DNA of 58,942 nt from Acidimicrobiia bacterium (GCA_016871255.1 VFZH01000005.1:1-58942); one strand, 5' to 3'; positions 33,600-43,040 are shown, numbered from the stretch's first letter. Numbers and translations are program-made. Notes: generated by a model from the letters alone, not told the origin.

Positions 33600-34535
33600 A
33601 TGGTCCCTGTTTGTCACCGGGTCGTCCTGTCCGCGCTCGTCACGCTGTGCGGAGGTTGCGGCAGCGCGGCCACGAGTACGCTGCCGGTCACGCTCCGCCT
33701 GACGGACAACTCCGTGCTGTCGGAGCCGCTCGCAGCCGCCTACGCGCGGGCGCTCCCCGATCTCCGGATCCAGGTGGTGCCCGGGGCCTTCGACGCCATT
33801 CAGCGCGGCGAAGCGGACTTCGGCTTCGTGACCGCCGACAAGGCGTACTTCGCGCACCTGGCGCGCGCGACCGCGGCCCCCCGGAACGTGGACATCCGGG
33901 GGTTGGCGGCGTTGCACGTCACGCCCCTCCACTTCGTCGTCGGGCCCGGGTCCGACATCCGGAGCATCGCGGATCTGCGAGGCCGGCGCGTCCGGGTCCC
34001 TGGCGAGCCGGGCACCACGCCCGAGGCCACGACGTTCATCGAAGCCGTGCTCCGCGCATTCGACGTCGATCCCGCGTCCGTGCGCCTCGAGTCGGCCCCG
34101 GCCCAGGCCTCCAACTGGATGCTGCAGGACGGCGCTCTGGACGCCGCGTTCATCTTCACGACGCGGTACCCCTCGCCCACCGTGCGCGAGGCCATGCAGC
34201 AGGGCGTCCGCATGCTGCCCATCGAAGGCCCTTCGGTGACCCGGCTGCGCCACGAGTATCCGTTCGTGCGGCTGGCGACTGTCCCGGCTGGCACGTACCC
34301 GGACCAGCCCGAGTTGCTGCGCACCGTCGGCCTGGATGGCCTGCTGGTGTGCCGCGCCGATCTCGACGTCTCGCAGGTGTACGGCCTGACGAAGCACTTC
34401 TTCGAGGCGGTGCAGCAGCTGTCCTCGATCGCGTTGACCATGCGATCGGCCAACCTCCAGAACGCGGCTGCCACGCCGATCCCCCTTCACGAAGGCGCCG
34501 CGCTCTACTACCGGGAACAGGCGCTGCTGCAGTGA
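33600..34535 (+). CDS. TAXI-family (TRAP-associated) periplasmic solute-binding protein, orphan
   Basis: SIADLRGRRVRVPGEPGTTPEATTFIEAVLRAFDVDP, LQDGALDAAFIFTTRYPSPTV, VPAGTYP and the C-terminal PLHEGAALYYRE are TAXI hallmarks. No TRAP membrane genes are nearby. Confidence 0.8.
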   Translation: MVPVCHRVVLSALVTLCGGCGSAATSTLPVTLRLTDNSVLSEPLAAAYARALPDLRIQVVPGAFDAIQRGEADFGFVTADKAYFAHLARATAAPRNVDIRGLAALHVTPLHFVVGPGSDIRSIADLRGRRVRVPGEPGTTPEATTFIEAVLRAFDVDPASVRLESAPAQASNWMLQDGALDAAFIFTTRYPSPTVREAMQQGVRMLPIEGPSVTRLRHEYPFVRLATVPAGTYPDQPELLRTVGLDGLLVCRADLDVSQVYGLTKHFFEAVQQLSSIALTMRSANLQNAAATPIPLHEGAALYYREQALLQ

Positions 34536-36202
34536 CTCGCCGCCCAGGTATCCCGCCCCCGGGACTCGCCCGCTGGATCACCGTGGCCGTCTGTCTGTCC
34601 GCGGGATTCCTCGCCTGGCTGGCGTACGTGGCGACCAGCGAGTGGCATCGGAGCGCGAGCCTGCTGTCCCAGCAACGGGCGGACGCGGCGGTCGAACTGC
34701 TCGTCACGATGCTGACGCGGGACATGCGCGCCGTCCAGGGTTCGGTGCTGCCACTCCTGTCGGCCGATCAACTGAGGACGGATCCGGGCGCAACGGTCGA
34801 CCACGCCGGACGCGCGTTCGCCCGCTACCCGTACGCGGAGGCGTTCTTCGCGTGGGTCGACGCCCAGTCGCCGCGGGTCGAGTTCTACATCCGCCTGGAT
34901 CGCTATCCGGTATGGGCTCCCGACATCGGGGCCGGGCGGTTTCCAGTGGTCGTCGTCCAGCAGCGCGAGATCGGAGAGCGGTTGCGGGCGGGCATGGCTC
35001 GGGACGCCGAGCACGGCCACCGGTTCTCGGTCTTCGACCTGACGATCGGTGCGACGGCCTATCACGCCGTCGCGTTGCTCTCCTACCGCGACGCGTACCT
35101 GCGCGACGTCGACACCGCCTTCGGGTTTCTCGTGAACACCGAGTGGGTCCGCAGGCACTACTTCACCGGCCTGATTGCCGAGCTCGCCCGCCTGGACGGC
35201 ACGGGCACGACGCCGGCCTACGCCATCCACGACGAGCGCGGGCGGATCGTGGCAGGCGCGCCGGCGCCGGCTGCGGTCCCTGCCAGCCAGCGGACGTTCC
35301 GGCCCACGTTCTTCGATCCGCTCGTCGTGCCCCTGGATCCGGAAGCCGGCTGGGACCAGCCGAGCCGCCACTGGAGCGCCACCGCCACGATCGTGGCCGA
35401 TCCGACGCTCACGCTGGCGAACGCCTGGGCCGACCGGGCGCTGCTCGTGCTGATCGGCGCCACGGTCGTCCTCGTCACCGGGCTCGTGCTGATCGCCAAT
35501 ACGGCCCGGGCCAACGCCCAGCTCGCCGATCTGCGCGCTGACTTCGTGGCGACGGTGACGCACGAGCTGAAGTCGCCCATCGCGACGATTCGCGCAATCA
35601 ACGAGACGCTGGCGGCGGGGCGGCACGGATCGGCCGAGGACTCCCGCGAATACGCGCGACTGGCCATCCACGAGACCAAGCGCCTCACGAGGCTCATCGA
35701 CAACCTGCTCGCGTACTCCCGCGTGACGGATGTGACGCAGGCGTACTCATTCGAACCCCTTGCGGTGGATTCACTCATCGACGAGGTCGTGCACGAGTTC
35801 GCGCAGCAGCTCGGCGATGCCGGATTCGAACTGGACGTATCGATCGAGCCGGGCCTGCCCAGGGTGCGGGCCGACCGGACCGCAGCAACGCTGCTGCTGG
35901 GGAACCTCGTCGACAACGCCGCTCGCTACTCCGGCGAGGCGCGCTATCTCGGTCTCCACGCGCGCCGCCAGGGCGACGCGGTCGCGATCGACGTCGTCGA
36001 CAACGGCGTCGGCATTCCGGACGAGGAGGTGCCGCACGTGACGCGAAAGTTCTTCCGCGGCCGGCATGCCCGATCCGGCGGCAGCGGGCTCGGCCTGGCC
36101 ATCGCGCAACGTATCGCGCTCGATCACGACGGCGACCTGACCATCCGCAGCACCCATGGGAGCGGGACCACGGTAACGGTCGTGCTCCCGGCGTCCCGAT
36201 GA
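34532..36202 (+). CDS. Sensor histidine kinase with a roughly 265-aa extracytoplasmic domain
   Basis: GTG start overlaps the SBP stop (GTGA). Two TM segments. H-box FVATVTHELKSPIATI, N-box LLGNLVDNAARYS and G-box GGSGLGLAIAQ. Confidence 0.88.
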   Translation: MTRRPGIPPPGLARWITVAVCLSAGFLAWLAYVATSEWHRSASLLSQQRADAAVELLVTMLTRDMRAVQGSVLPLLSADQLRTDPGATVDHAGRAFARYPYAEAFFAWVDAQSPRVEFYIRLDRYPVWAPDIGAGRFPVVVVQQREIGERLRAGMARDAEHGHRFSVFDLTIGATAYHAVALLSYRDAYLRDVDTAFGFLVNTEWVRRHYFTGLIAELARLDGTGTTPAYAIHDERGRIVAGAPAPAAVPASQRTFRPTFFDPLVVPLDPEAGWDQPSRHWSATATIVADPTLTLANAWADRALLVLIGATVVLVTGLVLIANTARANAQLADLRADFVATVTHELKSPIATIRAINETLAAGRHGSAEDSREYARLAIHETKRLTRLIDNLLAYSRVTDVTQAYSFEPLAVDSLIDEVVHEFAQQLGDAGFELDVSIEPGLPRVRADRTAATLLLGNLVDNAARYSGEARYLGLHARRQGDAVAIDVVDNGVGIPDEEVPHVTRKFFRGRHARSGGSGLGLAIAQRIALDHDGDLTIRSTHGSGTTVTVVLPASR

Positions 36203-36891
36203 TGAAGAAGCGGGTGCTCATCGTCGAGGACGACCGGGTGCTGGCGAAGGTCCTCAGGGACAACCTCGTGGCCGAAGGTTTCGAGGTGCAGCGAGCCGGC
36301 ACGGGGGCGCAGGCGCGGAACAGCATGGCGGCCTCCGCGCCGGATCTGATCCTCCTGGACCTCATGCTGCCAGACGAGGACGGGTTCGCGCTGTGTCGCG
36401 CCTGGCGCAGCGAATCGCCGGTGCCGATCATCGTCCTCAGCGCCAGGAGCCAGAGGGTCGACAAGCTTCAGGGCCTGCGGCTCGGCGCCGACGACTACCT
36501 GACCAAGCCGTTCGATCTCGAGGAGCTGATCGCCCGTATCCGCTCGGTACTGCGCCGATCGGCCCCGGGGGTGGATCGTCTGACGCTCGGCGCTGTGCAG
36601 ATCGACTTCGTGCACCTTCGGGCCTGGCACGGCGAGCGCCCGATCGACCTCACACACCGGGAGTTCGAGTTGCTTCGCTACCTCGCCGAGCGCTCCGACA
36701 CCATCGTGCACCGCGACGAGCTGCTCCGGCAGGTCTGGCGTTACCCGATCACGTTGCGGACGCGGGCGGTCGATCACGCGATCTCGAGGCTGCGGCGCAA
36801 GATCGAGGCCGACGCCCATCACCCTCGATTCATTCACACCGTCCACGGCGACGGCTACCGGCTGGTGGCCGACGTCCGCGGCGCCGCATAG
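36199..36891 (+). CDS. OmpR/PhoB-family response regulator
   Basis: ATG overlaps the kinase stop (ATGA). VLIVEDD, DLILLDLMLPDEDG and a winged-helix C-terminus ...IHTVHGDGYRL. Confidence 0.93.
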   Translation: MMKKRVLIVEDDRVLAKVLRDNLVAEGFEVQRAGTGAQARNSMAASAPDLILLDLMLPDEDGFALCRAWRSESPVPIIVLSARSQRVDKLQGLRLGADDYLTKPFDLEELIARIRSVLRRSAPGVDRLTLGAVQIDFVHLRAWHGERPIDLTHREFELLRYLAERSDTIVHRDELLRQVWRYPITLRTRAVDHAISRLRRKIEADAHHPRFIHTVHGDGYRLVADVRGAA

Positions 36892-36950
36892 GACCGAACC
36901 ACGGCAATCGAGCACTGGACACCGCACTACCACAGGACAAGGAGCCTCTG

Positions 36951-38132
36951 ATGACATCGATGAGCGTTTCGGGCGTGAGGATGACGGCTGCCGCGGGTCT
37001 CGTCGCCGGCCTGCTGGCCATGCAGGTCATCGGCAGCGCCCAGCAGCGGCAGAAGGGTGGCTACGACGCCACCGGGTCGTACGACGTGGTCCCCAACTGG
37101 CCCCAGCCGCTGCCCGAACACGGTACCGACTGGACGTACGGCCGGACGGGCGCCATCTGGGCCGAGTCGGCGGACCGGGTCTACGTCGTCCAGACGGGCG
37201 ACGTGCCGGTCCTCAAGGAGAAGCCGACGACGCAGCCCGGCAGCGAGGGGCGCAGCGCGCTGGACATCCCGGGCACGCGCTGGGAAAACAAGTTTCTCGT
37301 GTTCAATCGCGATGGCAAGGTGATCGAGAACTGGAAGCAGCACGATCACCTGCTCACCCACCCGCACAGCCTGAAGATCAGCCCGTACGACCCCGAGCGC
37401 CACATCTGGGTCGTGGACGGGCGCAGCCCCTCCGGTGATCCGGACGTTCGCGCCGGGGCCGGACCGAACCGCGAGGGCGCGTCGCACCAGGTCTTCAAGT
37501 TCACGCGCGACGGCAAGCTCGTCATGACACTCGGCGAGCACGGCGTTCCCGGCAACGACCAGTCACACTTCGGCGGGCCGACCGACATCGCGTTCTTCCA
37601 GAACGGTGACTTCGTCATCGCCGACGGATACCGGAACGGGCGCATCGTGCGGTTCGACCGGAACGGCAAGTACCTGTCGGAATTCGGTACGCGCGGCACC
37701 GGGCCCGGGCAGTTCATGCAGGTCCACGGCGTGACGATCGACGCGCGGGAGCGGATCTACGCCGCGGATCGCGGAAACCGCCGCATCCAGGTGTTCGACA
37801 AGAACGGCATGCTGCTCGACATCTGGCCCGACATCCCGATGCCCGACCACATCGCCATCACGCGGGACGGCCATCTCTGGGTGGCCGACGGCGCGGCGCA
37901 CCGCTTCATGAAGTACGACCTGGAGGGAGGCCTGCAGGAAACGTGGGGCACCTTCGGAACGGCGCCCGGGAACTTCTGGGTGCTGCACCACTTCAGCGTG
38001 GACAACGAGGGCAACCTCTACACGGCGGAGGTCATCGGCGGCAGGGCCCAGAAGTTCGTGCCGAGGGCGGGGGCAGACCGGGCCAAGCTGATCGATCTGT
38101 TCTTCGGCTACACGTACCCGCCGTCGCGCTAG
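36951..38132 (+). CDS. Secreted NHL-repeat six-bladed beta-propeller protein (paralog 1)
   Basis: AAGGAG SD 6 nt upstream, plus a signal peptide. NHL-type blades: IADGYRNGRIVRFDRNGKY and AADRGNRRIQVFDKNGM. Confidence 0.8.
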   Translation: MTSMSVSGVRMTAAAGLVAGLLAMQVIGSAQQRQKGGYDATGSYDVVPNWPQPLPEHGTDWTYGRTGAIWAESADRVYVVQTGDVPVLKEKPTTQPGSEGRSALDIPGTRWENKFLVFNRDGKVIENWKQHDHLLTHPHSLKISPYDPERHIWVVDGRSPSGDPDVRAGAGPNREGASHQVFKFTRDGKLVMTLGEHGVPGNDQSHFGGPTDIAFFQNGDFVIADGYRNGRIVRFDRNGKYLSEFGTRGTGPGQFMQVHGVTIDARERIYAADRGNRRIQVFDKNGMLLDIWPDIPMPDHIAITRDGHLWVADGAAHRFMKYDLEGGLQETWGTFGTAPGNFWVLHHFSVDNEGNLYTAEVIGGRAQKFVPRAGADRAKLIDLFFGYTYPPSR

Positions 38133-38152
38133 CGGAGGCACGGGGACCACGA

Positions 38153-38186
38153 GCGGGCGGCGGCTTCACGGGGTGCCGCCGCCCGC
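38153..38186 (+). terminator. GC-rich hairpin after the NHL gene
   Basis: Perfect 12-bp stem GCGGGCGGCGGC / GCCGCCGCCCGC with loop TTCACGGGGT. No U-tract. Confidence 0.45.
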
Positions 38187-38314
38187 CATCGGCACTCCAG
38201 CACGGTCACCCGTCGCTGTATAGTAGGAACCTGTCAGCGGAGCGGGCACGACCGTGCGCCGCCGGGCCGGTGACCCGCCGCGGCCCACCTGCCGCGCAGA
38301 CTCAAAGGGTTCGA

Positions 38315-38908
38315 TTGGAATACCTGATCAAGCAGTACCCGCTCGAAGCGGGCGCCCTCGAAATCCAGTACATCGAGGAGTTCTTCTGGGAGTTCCCGCG
38401 CAAGAAGACCGCCGCCGAGATCGTGGCGCGGCTCAGCAACCGCGACTTCCTGATCCTGATGGCCGAGGCGACGCTGCCCGATGATCCGGCGGGGACGATC
38501 GTGCCGGTGTCGTTCAAGATCGTCCACGAGATCCGGGCATCGGAGACCGAACCCAAGCTGGCCGACCTGGTGGCCCGTCTGCGCGGCGCGGTCGCGTTCG
38601 AGGGACGGAAGGTCCTCTACAACTGGATCGGCGGGACGCGCAGCGACTGGCGCGGCCAGGGCCACTTCCGCGCGCTGACCGAGGAGTCGGAGGCGTGGGC
38701 GCACGCGTCCGGCTACCACGAGGTGGTGGTGAAGACGAAGAACCGCTTCTACGACATGCGGGGGACGCTCGACCAGCTCCAGTTCGACGTCGTCAAGTAC
38801 GAGCCGAACGCGGCAAACAACCGCGACTCGAAGGTGTACCTGTCCAAGCAGCTCACGTCGGCCGTACTGCGCAGCCACACGAGCCGGCGGACGGTGACGC
38901 AGGTCTGA
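38315..38908 (+). CDS. GNAT-like N-acetyltransferase (start uncertain)
   Basis: The WRGQGHFRALTEESEAWA motif (R/Q-x-x-G-x-G/A) is typical. There is no in-frame ATG before the conserved part, so TTG 38315 is proposed. GTG near 38268 is also possible. Confidence 0.6.
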   Translation: MEYLIKQYPLEAGALEIQYIEEFFWEFPRKKTAAEIVARLSNRDFLILMAEATLPDDPAGTIVPVSFKIVHEIRASETEPKLADLVARLRGAVAFEGRKVLYNWIGGTRSDWRGQGHFRALTEESEAWAHASGYHEVVVKTKNRFYDMRGTLDQLQFDVVKYEPNAANNRDSKVYLSKQLTSAVLRSHTSRRTVTQV

Positions 38909-38909
38909 C

Positions 38910-39017
38910 GTGGAAGAGTGGAAGAGTGGAAAAGTGGAAAAGTGGAAGAGTGGAAAAGTGGAAAAGTGAAGTCGGAAGGGGGAAGTGAGAAGTTCGAAGT
39001 AAGTGGGAAGTGGGGAG
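38910..39017 (+). repeat. Family-C array: 7 tandem GTGGAARA octamers followed by a degenerate purine-rich tail
   Basis: 38910-38965 is (GTGGAAGA/GTGGAAAA)x7. The plus strand has no C from 38910 to 38972. It lies between convergent genes. Confidence 0.9.
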
Positions 39018-39026
39018 GCGCCGGCG

Positions 39027-39647
39027 TTACTGCGCGTACAGCGCGGCCAGTGCCGTCACGTCGGCTTCGGACAGCCCGGTCGCTGCGGATGACCCGATGT
39101 CGGCGACCGACGTGAGCCGCGTGCGGTAGGCGCCGAAGAAGCGCGGCCCGTCGTCCGGCCTCCTGAACGCGTACATGATCGTGTCGAAGTCGTCGGTGTG
39201 CGCCAGGCCGAGCGCGTGGCCGAGCTCGTGCAACGCCGTCAGGTAGATGATCAGCGCGCGGTCGAGCGCGTCGCCCGGTACACTCGAGAGGATGAACACG
39301 TCCGCCGCGGCGATGTGGCCCGTGCGCGGATCGAGTTCCGGCGCCGCCTCTCCATACAACCCGGTCGCGCCGGCAAACCGCACGCGCATCGGCGACTCCG
39401 GGCTCGGTGACCGCACGAGCTGGAACCGGCCGTCGGCGGCCCGGGTCCATGTCCGCATCGCCCGTTCGACCAGCTCGCCGGCGCCCTCGGGCGCGCGAGC
39501 CGGATCGATCCAGACGTCGATGCGGGCGCCCACCGGCCAGTGAATGGTCCCGAGCCGGCCGCTCCGCGCCTGACCGATCGCCACGACGACCGCGAAGAGC
39601 AGCGCCGCCGCAGCCGTCAGCGCGAGCCGGCGGACCTCGGATCGCAT
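39027..39647 (-). CDS. Matrixin-like (M10) zinc metalloprotease, secreted
   Basis: HELGHALGLAHTDD zinc-binding motif followed by a Met-turn candidate (TIMY). N-terminal signal/anchor. Confidence 0.8.
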   Translation of the reverse strand: MRSEVRRLALTAAAALLFAVVVAIGQARSGRLGTIHWPVGARIDVWIDPARAPEGAGELVERAMRTWTRAADGRFQLVRSPSPESPMRVRFAGATGLYGEAAPELDPRTGHIAAADVFILSSVPGDALDRALIIYLTALHELGHALGLAHTDDFDTIMYAFRRPDDGPRFFGAYRTRLTSVADIGSSAATGLSEADVTALAALYAQ

Positions 39648-39659
39648 GGGATCGATCGC

Positions 39660-40652
39660 CTACACGCGGGGCGCCAGGTCGATCCCCATCTCGGGATGAG
39701 GCGTGTACAGCTCCTCGAGGAACCGCACCTCCTCCGCCTCGAGCGTCAGGTCGATGGCCCCGACCGCCGTATCCAGGTTCTCCGGCTTCGTCGTGCCCAG
39801 GATGGGCGCCGTCACCCCCTTGGCGTACAGCCACGCCAGGGCAACCTGCGCGGGCGGCACACCCCGGCGCTCGGCCACGGTTCTGCAGCGCTCTGCGATC
39901 GCGAAGTCCCCGTCGGCCGTGTACAGGCGATGCGCCAGCTTGTCCGTCTTCGCCCTCAGGGTGGCAGAGGCGCCATCCCGCGTTCGCGTGCCCACCAGCA
40001 CGCCACGCGCGAGCGGGCTCCACGGGATGAGCCCGATCCCTTCCTTCCGGCAGAGCGGGATCATCTCGCGCTCCTCTTCCCGGTACACCAGGTTGTAGTG
40101 GTTCTGCATCGAGATGAACCGCGACCAGCCGCGGCTGTCGGCCAGCGCCAGCGCCTGGGCGAACTCCCACGCCCAGCAGCTCGAGGCGCCGATGTAGCGC
40201 GCCTTGCCGGCGCGGACGATGTCGTCGAGCGCCCGCAGCGTTTCGTCGATCGGCGTGGCCGGATCCCACCGGTGAACCTGGTACAGGTCGACGTAATCAG
40301 TGCCCAGCCGCCGGAGGGAGGCATCAATGGCGTCGAAGAGGTGCTTGCGGGACAGTCCGCGATCGTTCGGACCGGTTCCGGTCGGGTAGAACGCCTTGGT
40401 CGCGATCACCACCTGATCGCGGCGGCCGAAGTCGCCGAGAGCCCGGCCGACAACCTCCTCGCTGGCGCCCGCCGAATACATGTCGGCCGTGTCGAAGAAG
40501 TTGATGCCGAGGTCGAGCGCGCGCCGGATGATCGCGCGGCTGGGCTCCTCGTCGAGGGCCCACTCACGCCACGTCGACGTGCCCAGGCCCATGCACCCGA
40601 GGCAGATGCGCGAGACCTTCAGGCCGCTTCGACCGAGAGCGATGTAGTGCAT
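39660..40652 (-). CDS. Aldo/keto reductase
   Basis: MHYIALGRSGLKVSRICLGCMGLG, INFFDTADMYSAGASEEVVGRAL and DLYQVHRWD. ATG 40652 by homology. An in-frame ATG 33 nt upstream (40685) lies in the repeat. Confidence 0.9.
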   Translation of the reverse strand: MHYIALGRSGLKVSRICLGCMGLGTSTWREWALDEEPSRAIIRRALDLGINFFDTADMYSAGASEEVVGRALGDFGRRDQVVIATKAFYPTGTGPNDRGLSRKHLFDAIDASLRRLGTDYVDLYQVHRWDPATPIDETLRALDDIVRAGKARYIGASSCWAWEFAQALALADSRGWSRFISMQNHYNLVYREEEREMIPLCRKEGIGLIPWSPLARGVLVGTRTRDGASATLRAKTDKLAHRLYTADGDFAIAERCRTVAERRGVPPAQVALAWLYAKGVTAPILGTTKPENLDTAVGAIDLTLEAEEVRFLEELYTPHPEMGIDLAPRV

Positions 40653-40778
40653 TGAGGATTGGTGATTGGGGATTGACGATTTCATTGGCGATTGGTCGAT
40701 TGGCCAATTAGCCAATTAGCCGATTGGCCAATCTAGCCGATTGGTCGACTGGTCGATTGGCCAATTGGTCCATTGGCG
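40651..40778 (-). repeat. Family-A array (CAATC on the minus strand) ending at the aldo/keto reductase ATG
   Basis: The plus strand shows GATTGG-type units and three TTGGCCAA palindromes. Confidence 0.9.
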
Positions 40779-40782
40779 GGCG

Positions 40783-40872
40783 CTCTCAAGTCGTCAATCG
40801 CCATCAATCGTCAATCGTCAATCCTCAATCGACCAATACAATCATCAATCATCAATCCGCAATCATCAATCT
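40783..40872 (+). repeat. Family-A array (CAATC on the plus strand), head-to-head with the 40651-40778 array
   Basis: Head CTCTCAAGTCGTCA, then caatcgccatcaatcgtcaatcgtcaatcctcaatcgaccaatacaatcatcaatcatcaatccgcaatcatcaatc. Confidence 0.9.
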
Positions 40873-40879
40873 TCAGGGC

Positions 40880-41425
40880 TCAGATCGCGATCTCCCTGAT
40901 CGGCCCTGTTCCATCCCACCCGGCCGCGGCGTCGTGGATCATCGTCCCGAGCCCCGAGAACTGCGGGTCGGCCACGTCCGCGATCTCGAACTGGAAGCCG
41001 CCCGGACCGTCGTCGGTGGCGAAGAACGCGAACCTCGGCCCGCCGTTGGCGATCCACCCTTCATGCGCCAGCCGCACGCCGCCGCCGCGCAGCCGGGCCA
41101 CTTCCGCGTCGTAGCCGGGGCGATCGACCCAGGCGGCCACGTGCTGCAGCCCGTCGCCCGACGCGCGCAGCCGATCCAGGAACCCGCTGGGGTTGCGATC
41201 GGCCTGGTGGATCAGCTCGACCTGCAGATCGCCCGAAGCGGAGATCGCCAGCGTGAGGTTCGGGGGCGGCGACGGCTGCCCCTGGTACCAGAACTGCCCG
41301 ATCGGCAGGTTCTTCACGAGGAAGAACGGCCCGATCCCCAGGCGTTGGGTCCAGTACGCCAGGGCACGATCCAGATCCGAGACGACGAACCCGATCTGAC
41401 GAGTCGCTCCAAACAGACGGCTCAC
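40880..41425 (-). CDS. VOC/glyoxalase-family protein
   Basis: GTG at 41425 is preceded by GGAGAGGAGG with a 5-nt spacer. IGFVVSDLDRALAYWTQRLGIGPFF and LQHVAAWV are typical of VOC proteins. Confidence 0.75.
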   Translation of the reverse strand: MSRLFGATRQIGFVVSDLDRALAYWTQRLGIGPFFLVKNLPIGQFWYQGQPSPPPNLTLAISASGDLQVELIHQADRNPSGFLDRLRASGDGLQHVAAWVDRPGYDAEVARLRGGGVRLAHEGWIANGGPRFAFFATDDGPGGFQFEIADVADPQFSGLGTMIHDAAAGWDGTGPIREIAI

Positions 41426-41624
41426 GGCAGCCTCCTCTCCGGCCGGGCCCGACCCGGCCGGCCACGATGCTCGCCACACCATACCCCGACTCGTCCAACC
41501 AGCGGACCCCGCGCGATTGACTTCGCCTGCTGCGCCATATAACTTCCCCGCTGGCAACTGCGGGGGCCGGCAGCCGGTGCGGGCCGCCCACGTCGAAGTT
41601 CGATCAGGAAACGCGAGGGATGTC

Positions 41625-43025
41625 ATGGCAGACGTGCGTGCAGTCAAGCTCGACGGATCGATCTCCACCCTGAGCGGGGCGAAAATCGCCGCGTTCAAGA
41701 AGCAGATGCGCGGCGCCGTGGTGCTGGCCGGCGAACAGGGCTACGACCAGTTGCGCGAGGTGTGGAACGGTCAGATCGACCGCAAGCCCGCCCTCATCGC
41801 CCGCGTCGCCGGCGAAGACGACGTGGTGGCCGCGGTGAACTTCGCGCGCGACAACGAGCTGCTGACGTCGGTTCGGGGGGGCGGCCACAACATGCCGGGC
41901 CTCGCGGTCAACAACGGCGGCCTGATGCTCGACCTGCACGGCCTGCGCAACGTGCGCGTGGACCCGGTCGCCCGCCGCGCCTACGCGGAGCCGGGGCCGA
42001 CGTGGTTCGATTTCGATTACGAATGCCAGGCCTTCGGCCTGGCCACTCCGGGCGGCGCGGTCTCCCACACGGGCATCGCCGGTCTGACCCTGGGCGGCGG
42101 CGTGGGCTGGCTCAGCGGCAGACACGGCCTCACCTGCGACAACGTCATCTCCTTCCGCGTCGTCACGGCCGACGGCACGGTCCGCACGGCGAGCGCCGAC
42201 GAAAACCCCGACCTGTACTGGGCGCTCCGCGGCGGCGGCGGCAACTTCGGGATCGTCACCCAGTTCGAGTACCAGCTCCACCCGGTGGGCATGATGCTCG
42301 GCGGGATGATCCTCTATCCGTTCGACCAGGCGAAGGCGTTCTTCCAGGGCTACCGCGACTACCTGCCGTCCTGCCCAGACGGGCTGACGACCTTCGGCGG
42401 GCTGTTCAAGCTGCCGGACGGCACGAGCGTGGCGGGCGGCATCGCGGCCTGGAACGGCGATCACGCCGAGGGGCAGAAGGTGCTCGACGCCTCCTTCCGC
42501 AAGTTCACGACGCCGATGGCGGACCTGCTCGGCCCGATCCGCTACTGCAAGCTGCAGCAGCTCATCGACCAGCAGACCGAGCCCTTCCGCCGCTACTACG
42601 TGAAGTCGAACCTGATGCGCGAGATCAAGGACGAGTGCATCGACATCCTGATCGACCGCTACACGAAGGTGCCGTCACCCCTCTCGATGATGGCGTTCCA
42701 GCAGTTCGGCAACGGCATCGGCCGCGTCACGCCGGACGCCACGGCGTACGGGCACCGGAACGAGAAGGTCGAGCAGATGACGTTCTCCGCCTGGACGGAC
42801 CCGGCGGGCGACGACGAGAACCGGGCCTGGGCCCGTGAGGTCTCGGACAGCGTGCAGCCGTTCGCGCACGGCCACTACGTCAACCAGGTGGGGCTGGAGT
42901 CCGAGGAAGGCGTCGACCACATCAAGGCGGCGTTCGGCGACAACTGGGAGCGGCTGGTGGAGCTGAAGACGCAGTACGACCCGATGAACCTGTTCCGCCA
43001 CAACCAGAACATCCGGCCCAAGTAG
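41625..43025 (+). CDS. FAD-linked oxidase (PCMH-type FAD-binding plus BBE-like C-terminus)
   Basis: RGGGHNMPG, NPDLYWALRGGGGNFGIVT and the C-terminal YDPMNLFRHNQNI. Confidence 0.88.
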   Translation: MADVRAVKLDGSISTLSGAKIAAFKKQMRGAVVLAGEQGYDQLREVWNGQIDRKPALIARVAGEDDVVAAVNFARDNELLTSVRGGGHNMPGLAVNNGGLMLDLHGLRNVRVDPVARRAYAEPGPTWFDFDYECQAFGLATPGGAVSHTGIAGLTLGGGVGWLSGRHGLTCDNVISFRVVTADGTVRTASADENPDLYWALRGGGGNFGIVTQFEYQLHPVGMMLGGMILYPFDQAKAFFQGYRDYLPSCPDGLTTFGGLFKLPDGTSVAGGIAAWNGDHAEGQKVLDASFRKFTTPMADLLGPIRYCKLQQLIDQQTEPFRRYYVKSNLMREIKDECIDILIDRYTKVPSPLSMMAFQQFGNGIGRVTPDATAYGHRNEKVEQMTFSAWTDPAGDDENRAWAREVSDSVQPFAHGHYVNQVGLESEEGVDHIKAAFGDNWERLVELKTQYDPMNLFRHNQNIRPK

Positions 43026-43040
43026 GCGGCGTCAGCGCTG

